A DNA stretch of 64,000 nucleotides from Candidatus Pacearchaeota archaeon (GCA_016186425.1 JACPLR010000011.1:13206-77205), one strand, 5' to 3'. Numbered from the stretch's first letter, positions 18,745-27,785 are shown. Made by a program: numbers and translations. Notes: generated by a model not told the origin, from the sequence alone.

Positions 18745-19638
18745 TCATTTTATCGGCTGAAGCACAAATTCTGGAGTTGCCAGAATTCTTTCACTTTTTA
18801 TTATCCTGAAAGTTCCTATAAATTTATCTTCATTAAAAACAGCGATTTTTTCATCTATCTTTAGTTCCTTTGCCTTTTCTAGATTACCTATGTATTCTTT
18901 AAATAATGGAGAGCCATGGTATAATTTATTTATGTATTGCTTTTTTACCTGCAAAACCGGGAGAACTTCAGATATAATCTCTCCTGGAATAAGCATTTCT
19001 CTTAATTGATTTTCACATTCTTTATTTCCTTTTTTATATTCTCCTACAGCTTCTAAAAATTCATAAATTGTATAGCTTTTATTTTCTTGGAAAATACTTG
19101 CTTGTATTCTTCTTAATTCAAGCATGTGAGCACCTTGGATTTTCTCGCCTAAATCAGATATTAATTTTCTAATATATGTTCCTGCTTCAACTTCTGCGAG
19201 AAATAAAATATCTTTTTTATTTTCACTAACTTCAAGGATTTCAAACCTGTAAACTTCTCTTTGCCTTTCCTCACGCTTGACACGGGATTTTACAGGAGGC
19301 AATTGAGTTATTGTTCCAATGAAGTTTTTTATTTCTTCCCTTAGCTTTTTTTCACTTATTTCTTCATGAATTCGCATTATTCCAATATATGTTTTGGTTT
19401 TTCCAATAAAATAAGGCATTAGCCTGCATGCTCGGCTTAATGCAACTGGCAATACTCCTGTAACCATGGGATCTAGAGTTCCAAAATGGCTTGTTTTCTT
19501 TAAATTCAGAGCATTTTTAATAATTAAATCAACTGAAAAGCTTGTAGGTCCTGAAGGCTTGTCAATGTTTATTATGCTAAACTCTAAAAGTTCTTTCAGA
19601 GTTTTCTTGGATTTAATGGTTTCTAGATCAATATTCAT
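18745..19638 (-). CDS. cbf5: H/ACA RNP pseudouridine synthase Cbf5 (TruB family with C-terminal PUA domain)
   Basis: TruB catalytic region INIDKPSGPTSFSVDLI...HFGTLDPMVTGVLPV with the catalytic Asp in GTLDP. A C-terminal PUA-like segment is present. Confidence 0.85.
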   Translation of the reverse strand: MNIDLETIKSKKTLKELLEFSIINIDKPSGPTSFSVDLIIKNALNLKKTSHFGTLDPMVTGVLPVALSRACRLMPYFIGKTKTYIGIMRIHEEISEKKLREEIKNFIGTITQLPPVKSRVKREERQREVYRFEILEVSENKKDILFLAEVEAGTYIRKLISDLGEKIQGAHMLELRRIQASIFQENKSYTIYEFLEAVGEYKKGNKECENQLREMLIPGEIISEVLPVLQVKKQYINKLYHGSPLFKEYIGNLEKAKELKIDEKIAVFNEDKFIGTFRIIKSERILATPEFVLQPIK

Positions 19639-19717
19639 GTTTAGATAATTACTTGTTTATTTTTAAATGTTTTTTGTTACAATAATGTTTATTAATCCTA
19701 GTTGAGTAATTAGTTTT

Positions 19718-20164
19718 ATGACAGGTGTGAGTTATTTTGAGGGTAAAGATGTCGGTTATAAAAGGTCTCATGAAATTATGATGGATTTACTTTTACCACA
19801 TTTTAAAACTAGAGAAGAAGTTCTTAATCATATTAAAAAACAGCTTTCTAAAGATGTACGTTTATGTGTTGGGGGATTAGATCATATTTTAGAATATTCT
19901 GGATTGTTTTTAAGTGAACATAATTTATCTAGATATAATATAAGGCAACAGTTAAATGGCAGCAATACTCCTTTAACTTATGAAGTGTTTGAACATTTAG
20001 TTGGCAGATTAGGAATTCTTCATGAAAGATTTTTTCCGTATGATGAGACTATTTCAGAATCAAAATATGAAGAATTATTTAAAAAGTTATGCAAGGGTAA
20101 TTGGGATCCAGTAGATTCTGTCAGAACTCTTTTAGAATTAAGATTTTTTCATGAACCAGAATAA
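19718..20164 (+). CDS. Hypothetical protein (148 aa)
   Basis: Clean ORF. No family recognised. Confidence 0.4.
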   Translation: MTGVSYFEGKDVGYKRSHEIMMDLLLPHFKTREEVLNHIKKQLSKDVRLCVGGLDHILEYSGLFLSEHNLSRYNIRQQLNGSNTPLTYEVFEHLVGRLGILHERFFPYDETISESKYEELFKKLCKGNWDPVDSVRTLLELRFFHEPE

Positions 20165-20167
20165 TTA

Positions 20168-21232
20168 TTATAATTTATATCTCCTCATTGTTTTCCATTC
20201 AATTAATGTTTTTAACAGGCCTGGTAATAAACCGGTTATAATGAACTTATTCTTGTATTGAAAAATTCCGTTAAATCTTCCTAAGCTTATTACAATAATT
20301 CTTTTTTCAGGACTATAGGACTTTGGTTCTTTATTATTTTCAATAAGATTTATGTTTTTAACAATTAATTTTGCGTGTTTTTCTGCATTTTGGGCAAGTT
20401 TTTCCTCTTTTATTGATGTTATATCTCCTGCTGCGAAAATGTTTTTAAGTGGCTTGTTACTTTTATTATCTAAAACCTGAAAATATTCATTGATATTTAC
20501 TTGTTTCTCGCTATTAAGCAATTTTTTTGGAATAAACTCTGAATTAGGGGTAATTCCTGTGCAGAGAAAAACAAGGTCTGCCTTAATTTTCCTGTTTTTA
20601 TCTGTTTTAACTAAATTATTTTCATAATTTAATGCTGTTTCGTTATAGAGTATGTTAACATTATGCTTTTTTAAAAATTTATCTGCATAATCTATTGTTT
20701 TTTCATGGTTTCTTTCCATTAGTTTATCATGTTTGTGAATAACTATTATCTCTTTTTCGTTTTTTCCTTTATAGAAATCAATAATTTCTCCAGCTAATTC
20801 CGTTCCAACAATTCCTCCGCCAATAATAATTATCTTTTTAGCAACATCTAATTTGTGATAATAATCTCTTATATGCCGTGTTCTTGTTAGATTAACAATA
20901 TTTTTTTCTTTAAACGGAGCATTGTAACTTGAGCCAGAGCAGATAAAGAGATAATCAAATTTTAATTTATGTTTATTAGCAGTAATTATTTCTTTTTCTG
21001 TCATTTTTTTGACACAATCAACAACAACTTTTGCTTTTTTCAGATAATGTGTATGCAAAACCTGAATTTTCTTGGCATGTTTAGGAGAAACTAGAGTTCT
21101 TAATATTCCCGGAGTGAATTCGTAATAATTCTTGCTGTCTATCAAAATAACATTGAAATCTTTATTTTTTTCAAGTTTCTTGGCTATGTAAGCTCCTGCA
21201 AAACCCCCACCAATAATAACTATGTTTTTCAT
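20168..21232 (-). CDS. FAD-dependent pyridine nucleotide-disulfide oxidoreductase (NDH-2/sulfide:quinone oxidoreductase-like)
   Basis: N-terminal Rossmann IVIIGGGFAGAYIAKKL, a second dinucleotide site IIIIGGGIVGTELAGE and FAAGDIT near the C-terminus. Confidence 0.7.
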   Translation of the reverse strand: MKNIVIIGGGFAGAYIAKKLEKNKDFNVILIDSKNYYEFTPGILRTLVSPKHAKKIQVLHTHYLKKAKVVVDCVKKMTEKEIITANKHKLKFDYLFICSGSSYNAPFKEKNIVNLTRTRHIRDYYHKLDVAKKIIIIGGGIVGTELAGEIIDFYKGKNEKEIIVIHKHDKLMERNHEKTIDYADKFLKKHNVNILYNETALNYENNLVKTDKNRKIKADLVFLCTGITPNSEFIPKKLLNSEKQVNINEYFQVLDNKSNKPLKNIFAAGDITSIKEEKLAQNAEKHAKLIVKNINLIENNKEPKSYSPEKRIIVISLGRFNGIFQYKNKFIITGLLPGLLKTLIEWKTMRRYKL

Positions 21233-21349
21233 AAAAACATAATGTTAAATGTGTTTAAAAAGATTAAGAAAGACAATTAGTAAAAAGAAAAAATATATAA
21301 AAAATAAAATGAAAGAAAAAACAAAAGAAAATAAATTAAAAATAAGAAG

Positions 21350-21733
21350 TTATTCCTTGCTAACTGCAAGTTTCCCAGGGCCTGTTAATGCCAGACTTAT
21401 AAGAGATGCAGCAGCAACCATATGGAAAATAAAGCTAGTTGATGATTGAGTGCTTATTCCAACAACTCCAAATGCTGCTACTAACATTATTATTACTAAA
21501 GGCCACGCGGTGTATTTTACTTTCCAGCCTACTAGTACACATACTCCAAATATTATTTCAGAAAGCAAGACAACCCATCCTAAAAACATTGGCAATGGAA
21601 ATCCTTGACTTGTCAGCAAGCCGATTATTCCGTCAGGATTTATCAGCTTTCCTATTCCTGCGTTTAGGAATAAAGCTGCAATTGCCAACCTGACTAATGA
21701 TGGCCCGTATCCTGCATATTCTTTTATGTTCAC
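21350..21733 (-). CDS. DoxX-family membrane protein
   Basis: Four predicted TM helices. The pattern VRLAIAALFLNAGIGKL is typical of the DoxX family. Adjacent to the oxidoreductase. Confidence 0.55.
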   Translation of the reverse strand: MNIKEYAGYGPSLVRLAIAALFLNAGIGKLINPDGIIGLLTSQGFPLPMFLGWVVLLSEIIFGVCVLVGWKVKYTAWPLVIIMLVAAFGVVGISTQSSTSFIFHMVAAASLISLALTGPGKLAVSKE

Positions 21734-21810
21734 TTTGATTTAACCCCCTTTCAGTTAATTATCATAGAATTTAATTATGTAAAATAAATATTCAATCTTT
21801 AAATACTTAA

Positions 21811-22431
21811 CTATTGTTTATTCCCTTTGTTTAACCCTTCATTTATTATTGTTTGGTAATATCCTTTAAGAGATTGGATTAAATCATTAGGAAATTCAAT
21901 GTTGAATTTATCCGGGTTTCCATCGCTATCCATGTCTACCATATAACATACTGCTTTTGGAACAGGATAATTATCTAATTTTAAAGTATTTGATGTTTCC
22001 CATACAATTCCTGGAATGTCTTGTTTTTTTGGTTTTCTTAATTCCTGATATTTTGTGTTTAGAATTTTTTTGGATTCATTTAACATTATTATTTTAGCAA
22101 ATTCCGCAATTCCATCTCCATTTTCATCCTTGATATAAGCTTGAAATCCTTTAGACGGCATATCTTCAATTGTAATAGACCTTTCTTCAGCATTCCAGTA
22201 GCATGTTAATACAGGATTGCTTAATTGCGGTGGGGGCTGAATGGGTTGCCCGGTATTTTTCAGAGAACTTTCCGGGTTATTTAGATAATTATATATTATA
22301 TCGCTTTTTGGAATTTGATATTGTATTTGCACTCTTTGCGCAAGATTTTGGGAGTTAACTATTGGGATATTTCCTAGAAATGGCATAGATATAACTGCTA
22401 TAAGACTTGTTTTTAAAAATCTGTTTATCAT
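21811..22431 (-). CDS. Secreted hypothetical protein with N-terminal signal peptide
   Basis: Signal-like N-terminus (MINRFLKTSLIAVISMPFLGNIPIVNS). No family recognised. Confidence 0.45.
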   Translation of the reverse strand: MINRFLKTSLIAVISMPFLGNIPIVNSQNLAQRVQIQYQIPKSDIIYNYLNNPESSLKNTGQPIQPPPQLSNPVLTCYWNAEERSITIEDMPSKGFQAYIKDENGDGIAEFAKIIMLNESKKILNTKYQELRKPKKQDIPGIVWETSNTLKLDNYPVPKAVCYMVDMDSDGNPDKFNIEFPNDLIQSLKGYYQTIINEGLNKGNKQ

Positions 22432-22487
22432 GCAAGAAATCTATTCTTTCTGATTTTATAAAGATTATTATGACGCATTATCTTGGC

Positions 22488-23183
22488 TTATTTTTTGCTT
22501 AGATATTTTTTTCTTTCTATTTCAGAAAGTTTTTCAATTGCGTATCTTAGCATAGTCCTTGGCATTGTTTTGCTGTATTGTTTTAGGAATTGCCTTAAGA
22601 CAGATTCATTCCTCTTGCCTACTTCTCTTAACATCCATCCGACTGCTTTTTGAATAAGGTCATGATTGTCTTTTAGCAGAATTTTGGATATGGCAATTGT
22701 ATGTTTAAATTGATTATTTTTAATGAAATAATAAGTTGAGACGATTGAAGTTCTTTTTTCCCATAAGTTATTAGATTTTGCAAGAGAATACAGCTCTGTT
22801 ATCTTGCTTTTATTATTAAAATAATATTTTCCAATTATTTTATCCGCGCTTAAATCAACCAAGTCCCAGTTGTTTATTTTTTGATTATGCTCTTTGTAAA
22901 AATTGACAATATTGTTATCGTTTGTTTCTTGGTATTTTTGGACAAGAATTAACACTCCAAGAAGCCTTTCTTCATGAATTTTACTTTCTAATAGAAGCTT
23001 TACTTCTTGTAAATTAATGTCTTTATATTTAATTGCTAGTTTTCTTGTTTCAGGAACAGTAACTCCAAGAAAAATATCTCCTTCTCCATAGCTTCCTGGC
23101 TGGGTTTTAAAGAATCTCTGCAAGATTTTTGCTTTTTCAGAGTTTGCTTTTGATTTCAGCTCTTTTTTTATTTGTGATATCAT
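22488..23183 (-). CDS. DNA alkylation repair protein (AlkD/AlkC-like HEAT-repeat glycosylase family)
   Basis: N-terminus ELKSKANSEKAKILQRFFKT...GDIFLGVTVPETRKLA matches the Pfam DNA_alkylation family pattern. Length ~230 aa. Confidence 0.6.
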   Translation of the reverse strand: MISQIKKELKSKANSEKAKILQRFFKTQPGSYGEGDIFLGVTVPETRKLAIKYKDINLQEVKLLLESKIHEERLLGVLILVQKYQETNDNNIVNFYKEHNQKINNWDLVDLSADKIIGKYYFNNKSKITELYSLAKSNNLWEKRTSIVSTYYFIKNNQFKHTIAISKILLKDNHDLIQKAVGWMLREVGKRNESVLRQFLKQYSKTMPRTMLRYAIEKLSEIERKKYLSKK

Positions 23184-23340
23184 GTTATTATTTTTAGTTT
23201 TTTAATATATAAAAATGTTTCATATTTTATTATCTATATATTAATTATAAAATATTTAACTATTAATTGATAAATAATAAAAGACACCAAAGTTTCTTTT
23301 ATGAAGCTTACTTTTAATTGCAAAGGGTTTTCTTTATGAA

Positions 23341-23400
23341 ACTTACTCATTAAAATTAGGCAAAGATATGATATGATTCAAGAACATTTTGAACTCATGC
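23341..23400 (+). repeat. A-type repeat, partial (leader + hairpin 1)
   Basis: acttactcattaaaattaggcaaagatatgatatgattcaagaacattttgaac. Preceded at 23281..23340 by two B-type modules in reverse orientation. Confidence 0.7.
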
Positions 23401-23510
23401 CATATTTCTGCCTTATCTTAAGCTAAATCAACTATTGCCAATTAAATTAAATAATTTTTAATATTCTAGCCAATCATAACCTTTAAAAGTCTATTTCTAT
23501 ATGCTATTTT

Positions 23511-24101
23511 ATGGCATTAAAAAAATCAAATAAAGAAAAATTAACTCAAGAAAGCTATGAAAAATATAGATGGTTCTACACTTCCAATAAGCATCTGGTT
23601 GTAGGAGGAAAAAGCGCAGAGCAAAATGAAGAAGTTATTAATAAGTATAAAGAGAAGGGGAAATATATTGTAATGCACACTAACTCTCCCGGAAGCCCGT
23701 TCTCAGTAATTCTTACAGATAATCCATCTCCAAAAGACTTGGAGGAAACCGCTATTTTCACAGCTTGTTTTTCAAGAGCATGGAGAGAAGGAAAGAAAAA
23801 AGAAATTGTAGATATTTTCTTGATGGAACAGATAATTAAAAATAAAAGTATGAAATCTGGTACATTTGCAGTAATAGGGCTTGTAGACAAAAAAACAGTT
23901 GAATTAAGATTATATTCAGAAATGCAGAAAAACAAGCTAAGATTCATTCCTTTCAAACCAAAAAATGAGGAAAGCATTTGTATCATATCTGGAAAAATTA
24001 ATAAAGAGCAATTTGCTGAGCAAATTGCCATAAAACTTGAAATTCCAAAGGAACAAGTTTTAAACGCGCTTCCCACGGGAGGTTTTAGAATAGTAAAATG
24101 A
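23511..24101 (+). CDS. NFACT-R/DUF814 domain protein (ribosome quality control RqcH C-terminal-like)
   Basis: YRWFYTSNKHLVVGGKSAEQNEEVINKY...YIVMHTNSPGSPFSVIL matches the DUF814 motif (W---S-G--I-vGr-a--Nd-L ... H----GS-V-l). Confidence 0.5.
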   Translation: MALKKSNKEKLTQESYEKYRWFYTSNKHLVVGGKSAEQNEEVINKYKEKGKYIVMHTNSPGSPFSVILTDNPSPKDLEETAIFTACFSRAWREGKKKEIVDIFLMEQIIKNKSMKSGTFAVIGLVDKKTVELRLYSEMQKNKLRFIPFKPKNEESICIISGKINKEQFAEQIAIKLEIPKEQVLNALPTGGFRIVK

Positions 24102-24156
24102 AATCTACAATAAATATGGATGCTGGATTCATAAAAACCCGCAGGAGGTTTTTATA

Positions 24157-24402
24157 ATGCAGCTTATATCAGCAGTTCAAATCGGAAAATCGGGAATATC
24201 AGAAAACCTAATTGAAACAATAAAAAGTCATTTTAAGCATCATCAGAATGTAAAAGTTGTATGCTTAAAAAACTCAAAAAGAGACAGAAATAGCATAAAG
24301 GCGATGGCGGAGAAAATTATTTCTCATCTAGGAAATAATTATACTTACAGAGTTATTGGCTTTACAATAATAATCAAGAAGTGGAGAAAACCGAAGAGAT
24401 AA
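24157..24402 (+). CDS. CRM-domain (YhbY/CRS1-like) RNA-binding protein
   Basis: MQLISAVQIGKSGISENLIETIKSHFKHHQNVKVVCL fits the YhbY GxxG pattern (GK-G------I---L--h-LvKV). Length 81 aa. Confidence 0.55.
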   Translation: MQLISAVQIGKSGISENLIETIKSHFKHHQNVKVVCLKNSKRDRNSIKAMAEKIISHLGNNYTYRVIGFTIIIKKWRKPKR

Positions 24403-24462
24403 CTTTATCATATATAATCCGCAACATAAATAATTAAAAAATCTATTTCTTATTAAAAAGCA

Positions 24463-24855
24463 ATGGAGACTCAAAGAGGAGTGTTATATGAAGATGATAG
24501 GTTAAAAGTAACCTACTTACATAGCCCTGAACCTGGTGAGCAAGCTAAAATAATAAGTGCAGAAGATCATGAATTATGGATAAAATTAGATGGAAACGAA
24601 TGGGGCAATTATATAATTCCAAGAGGAATTTTAGATGAGATAGCTACAACAAAAGGTTTAAAGAAAATTGAAAGAATTTTTAATACTTTTAATCCAGATT
24701 TAATGCATCATTTAAGAAATCAGAGATTAACAACTGCTGATGTAGCTTTAGCAATGGCTCAAGCAAAAATAAGTGAATTAGAATATAAAGTTGATTATTT
24801 TATTGACGAAGCAAGAAGAGCAAGAGAAGAAAGATTAGATAGGGAAGAAGAATAA
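24463..24855 (+). CDS. Hypothetical protein (130 aa) with acidic/Arg-rich C-terminal helix
   Basis: Clean ORF upstream of the r-protein cluster. No family recognised. Confidence 0.4.
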   Translation: METQRGVLYEDDRLKVTYLHSPEPGEQAKIISAEDHELWIKLDGNEWGNYIIPRGILDEIATTKGLKKIERIFNTFNPDLMHHLRNQRLTTADVALAMAQAKISELEYKVDYFIDEARRAREERLDREEE

Positions 24856-24971
24856 ACCAACAGCTTTATAAATCCCATTTCTCCCATATATTCAGACTTG
24901 ACCATTTTATGGTTCTATTGCCGAAAGGCAAGGTCTAATAAACATAAACTAAATAGAAAAATAAAATTACT

Positions 24972-25379
24972 ATGAGTGGCATTTATGAATTAAACCATAG
25001 AGAATTTAATAATAAGCTAGCAGAAGCTTTGAAGAAAGTTCCAGAACTTAAAGCTCCTGAATGGATAAATTTTGTAAAAACAAGTGTTGCAAAAGAAAGG
25101 CCAACTCAAGAGCCTGATTTCTGGCATAAAAGAGCTGCAAGCATTTTAAGGCAGATTTACATCAGAAAAACAGTTGGAGTAAACAGGCTAAAAATAAGAT
25201 ATGGCGGCAAGAAAAACAGGGGAGTTGCACCCCCAAGATTCAGGGAAGGCGGAGGAAAAATAATAAGAACAATACTTCAGCAATGCGAAAAAGCAGGCTT
25301 GCTGGAAAAAGCACCTGAAAAAAAAGCAGGAAGAAAATTAACCGATAAAGGAAAAAAATTACTGGAGAGCATAAAATGA
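24972..25379 (+). CDS. rps19e: 30S ribosomal protein S19e
   Basis: APEWINFVKTSVAKERPTQEPDFWHKRAASILRQIY and GGKKNRGVAPPRF are characteristic of S19e. Confidence 0.85.
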   Translation: MSGIYELNHREFNNKLAEALKKVPELKAPEWINFVKTSVAKERPTQEPDFWHKRAASILRQIYIRKTVGVNRLKIRYGGKKNRGVAPPRFREGGGKIIRTILQQCEKAGLLEKAPEKKAGRKLTDKGKKLLESIK

Positions 25380-25567
25380 AAACTAGGGTAAATGATGTTG
25401 TAGGATTAACAACAGATGGGAAATTAATTAGAGCAACAAAAGACATAGTTGGTTTGCCCACCGGATTTAATGAAGATGATAATTTATTTGATGAAACGAT
25501 ATATTTAAAAGATTTTTACGAAGATAGTATTGATTCAGAGAAAAGAATAACATATAATCTAATTTAA
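25376..25567 (+). CDS. Small hypothetical protein (63 aa) in r-protein cluster
   Basis: Overlaps the rps19e stop by 4 nt (ATGA), suggesting co-transcription. No family recognised. Confidence 0.35.
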   Translation: MKTRVNDVVGLTTDGKLIRATKDIVGLPTGFNEDDNLFDETIYLKDFYEDSIDSEKRITYNLI

Positions 25568-25599
25568 ATAAAAATATAAAAATGAAATACAAAATAAAA

Positions 25600-25672
25600 G
25601 GGAAGCTTCATAAAAGAAACCGTAGGCATGTAAGAGGAAAGTTTGATAAAGAAAACCAGGGGTTGTCTTTAT
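25600..25672 (+). promoter_or_regulatory. B-type repeat (X unit ggaagcttcataaaagaaacc + Y unit ggaaagtttgataaagaaaacc + hairpin) ending 2 nt before rpl39e ATG; BRE/TATA-like
   Basis: gggaagcttcataaaagaaaccgtaggcatgtaagaggaaagtttgataaagaaaaccaggggttgtctttataATG. A purine block followed by TTGATAAAG ~30-40 nt upstream of the start codon resembles archaeal BRE+TATA (inference). Confidence 0.45.
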
Positions 25673-25673
25673 A

Positions 25674-25883
25674 ATGACAGTTCCAAAACGCCAAAGACAA
25701 AAGAAAATAAAGCTAGCAAAAGCTGGAAGTCAGACAAAATGGGCTCCATTCTGGGTTGTTGTAAAGAAATACGGGGCTGGAAAAAGAATTCATCCTTCAC
25801 GAACAACAAGAATAAAAAGAAACTGGAGAATAAGAAAGCTTAAGATCAAGCCAAGAATAATCAGAAAGAGGCATCTAGGTTAA
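25674..25883 (+). CDS. rpl39e: 50S ribosomal protein L39e
   Basis: Basic 69-aa protein. KRQRQKKIKLAKA...NWRIRKLK matches L39e (KK-rLaKa-kqnr-vP-Wv----). Confidence 0.85.
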   Translation: MTVPKRQRQKKIKLAKAGSQTKWAPFWVVVKKYGAGKRIHPSRTTRIKRNWRIRKLKIKPRIIRKRHLG

Positions 25884-26213
25884 TTGACAAAAAATAAAAT
25901 GACAAAAAATAATATTGAAGTTATTGGGCTTTCGAAGCAAGATAAGGAAGAAATATATCTCTCTCTAAGAGATCCTGATATTAGATCTCATTTCGAATTT
26001 GTAGAAGTAGAGAAATTTCTAGTATCATCGCGTTATAATAATTATGTTTATCATGCAGAAACAGATAAAGGGGAAGTTACTGTTTTATTAATTAATTATA
26101 ATGAAACTCTCACGATTAAAACAGCTGGAAAAAAAGAAGCGAGAGAAATAGTTAAATCTAGACTTGAAGAAATTGCCAGGAAAGCAAAACAAACAATTTC
26201 CACATCAACTTAA
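25884..26213 (+). CDS. Hypothetical protein (109 aa) inserted between rpl39e and rpl31e
   Basis: Starts 1 nt after the rpl39e stop. Its start context ataaaATGACAAAAAATAA is shared with rpl31e. No family recognised. Confidence 0.4.
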   Translation: MTKNKMTKNNIEVIGLSKQDKEEIYLSLRDPDIRSHFEFVEVEKFLVSSRYNNYVYHAETDKGEVTVLLINYNETLTIKTAGKKEAREIVKSRLEEIARKAKQTISTST

Positions 26214-26386
26214 AATGACGTTAGAAACAAATCTTCCAAAATACCTAGAATATAAGGAATACATAAACAATTATGAAACGATAATTGCATTAACAACAAG
26301 AGCGACAAATCTTATGCTATTAAAACCTCAAGATGAAAATAATACTGCAGAAAATGGAGTGTTTTTAGTAATAGGAGAATAATAAA

Positions 26387-26962
26387 ATGACAAAAAATAA
26401 AGCAATCCCTGCTGAAAGAGAATATATTATTAATCTAAGAAGAGAAATAATGAAAGTTCCTAGATATAGGCGAACCCCTAAAGCAATAAAAGCAATAAAG
26501 CAGTTTATTGCAAAGCATATGCGGGTTCCAGATAGAGATTTGAATAAAGTAAAAATTGACAAATGGCTCAATCAAGAAATGTGGTTTAGGGGAATTCAAA
26601 ATCCATTGGCAAAAATAAAAGTTAAAGCAAAAAAAGATGGTGAAAATATAATAGTTTCTTTAGTTGATATTCCTGAAAAAATAAAATTCCAGATGGTGAG
26701 AGAGGAAAAATCAAAGAAAGCTTCTGAAAAGGTAAAAGAAAAGAAAAAGCAGGAAAAGACAGAAGTTGAGAAACAAATTGAGGAAAAGCCTAAAAGCCCT
26801 GAAGAAATTGAGAAAGAGAAACAGGAAGAAAAGGAAAAGGAAGAGGCTGTTAAAGAAGCTGAAATCAAGCAGGCTGATTTAAGGGCAAAAGAGCAAAAAC
26901 ATGTTCAAAAAATAAAGCCTGCAAAAACAGAAAGAATTCAAAGAAAAGCCTTGCAAAAATAA
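26387..26962 (+). CDS. rpl31e: 50S ribosomal protein L31e with long K/E-rich C-terminal extension
   Basis: IPAEREYIINLRRE...VPRYRRTPKAIKAIKQFIAKHM...VKIDKWLNQEMW matches the L31e core (~90 aa). It is followed by ~100 aa of low-complexity KEKEE repeats. Confidence 0.8.
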   Translation: MTKNKAIPAEREYIINLRREIMKVPRYRRTPKAIKAIKQFIAKHMRVPDRDLNKVKIDKWLNQEMWFRGIQNPLAKIKVKAKKDGENIIVSLVDIPEKIKFQMVREEKSKKASEKVKEKKKQEKTEVEKQIEEKPKSPEEIEKEKQEEKEKEEAVKEAEIKQADLRAKEQKHVQKIKPAKTERIQRKALQK

Positions 26963-26984
26963 TTGTTCTTGAATCATTACAATA

Positions 26985-27075
26985 ATAAAGACAACCAAGG
27001 TTTTCTTTATCAAACTTTCCTTTTAAGTACCAAAGGTTTTTTATCAAACTTTCCTTTTAAAAGGAAAATTTATCC
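26985..27075 (-). repeat. Two tandem reverse-orientation B-type Y units downstream of rpl31e
   Basis: aataaagacaaccaaggttttctttatcaaactttcc....aaaggttttttatcaaactttcc. Confidence 0.65.
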
Positions 27076-27194
27076 TGATTTATTAGTTGTTTAAATTAAT
27101 TTTAGATTAATGATATGTTTAATAACTTGATATTTATTTAATAAAAAATAGTAGCTCCTGCGTAAAAATCAGATAGAGATATTGCTATATTGAT

Positions 27195-27250
27195 AAAAGA
27201 CACCAAGGTTTCTTTTATGAAACTTCCTTTTATTAGGAAAAATTTATGCT
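27195..27250 (-). repeat. Reverse B-type X unit + hairpin-2-like end
   Basis: aaagacaccaaggtttcttttatgaaacttccttttattaggaaaaatttatgc. Confidence 0.65.
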
Positions 27251-27254
27251 TTAT

Positions 27255-27785
27255 TTAAAGGTTATAATTGGCTAGAATATTAAAACGACTATGTAATGGG
27301 CTGGGCAATCTTGTTGCTCGACTAGCTGGATATTCAACCCTGTAACCTTTAAATTCCTCTGGAAGATTATGTTCTTTAGGTATGATTATTTTTCCAAGAG
27401 GGGATTTTAAATGAGCTTTTATTACTTGTTCGAAAACAGGTTTTTGATTGAAAAATCCTTTCCATTCAGGAATTCTTACCAGTGTTTCAACAGAAGTTAC
27501 TCCATAATCCGAAATGTTTAAGTTCATATCTTTATTGTAATGTATGATTCTTCCTTGGAAACCATCTAATAATATTTTTGATAATCCTTTTGTTAATTTA
27601 GTTACAAAATCTAAACTTTTTTGTATTCCTTCATTACTTGTTGCACTATACCACTTTAACTGTTCTTCTTGCCTAGCTTTTTCATGAGTCATATATTTAT
27701 CTACAAATATATCAAAAGCTTCGTTGAAAACTGGGTCTCTTAATTTTTCTTGTAAAGATTCTGCTTTAATTGTTTTTTTTAACAT
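27255..27785 (-). CDS. Hypothetical protein (176 aa)
   Basis: Clean ORF next to rbcL. No family recognised. Confidence 0.45.
   Translation of the reverse strand: MLKKTIKAESLQEKLRDPVFNEAFDIFVDKYMTHEKARQEEQLKWYSATSNEGIQKSLDFVTKLTKGLSKILLDGFQGRIIHYNKDMNLNISDYGVTSVETLVRIPEWKGFFNQKPVFEQVIKAHLKSPLGKIIIPKEHNLPEEFKGYRVEYPASRATRLPSPLHSRFNILANYNL

Noticed and set aside
23576-24076. 166-aa minus-strand ORF
   Set aside because: It is antisense to the DUF814/NFACT-R gene.
25643-25843. 66-aa ORF in an alternative frame overlapping rpl39e
   Set aside because: It shares the region with a clear L39e reading frame. It is a K/N-rich artefact of the AT-rich sequence.
26164-26382. 72-aa ORF overlapping the end of the inserted gene before rpl31e
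   Set aside because: It overlaps 25884..26213 in another frame. Only the portion from 26212 could be independent. No supporting features, so it is mentioned in findings only.
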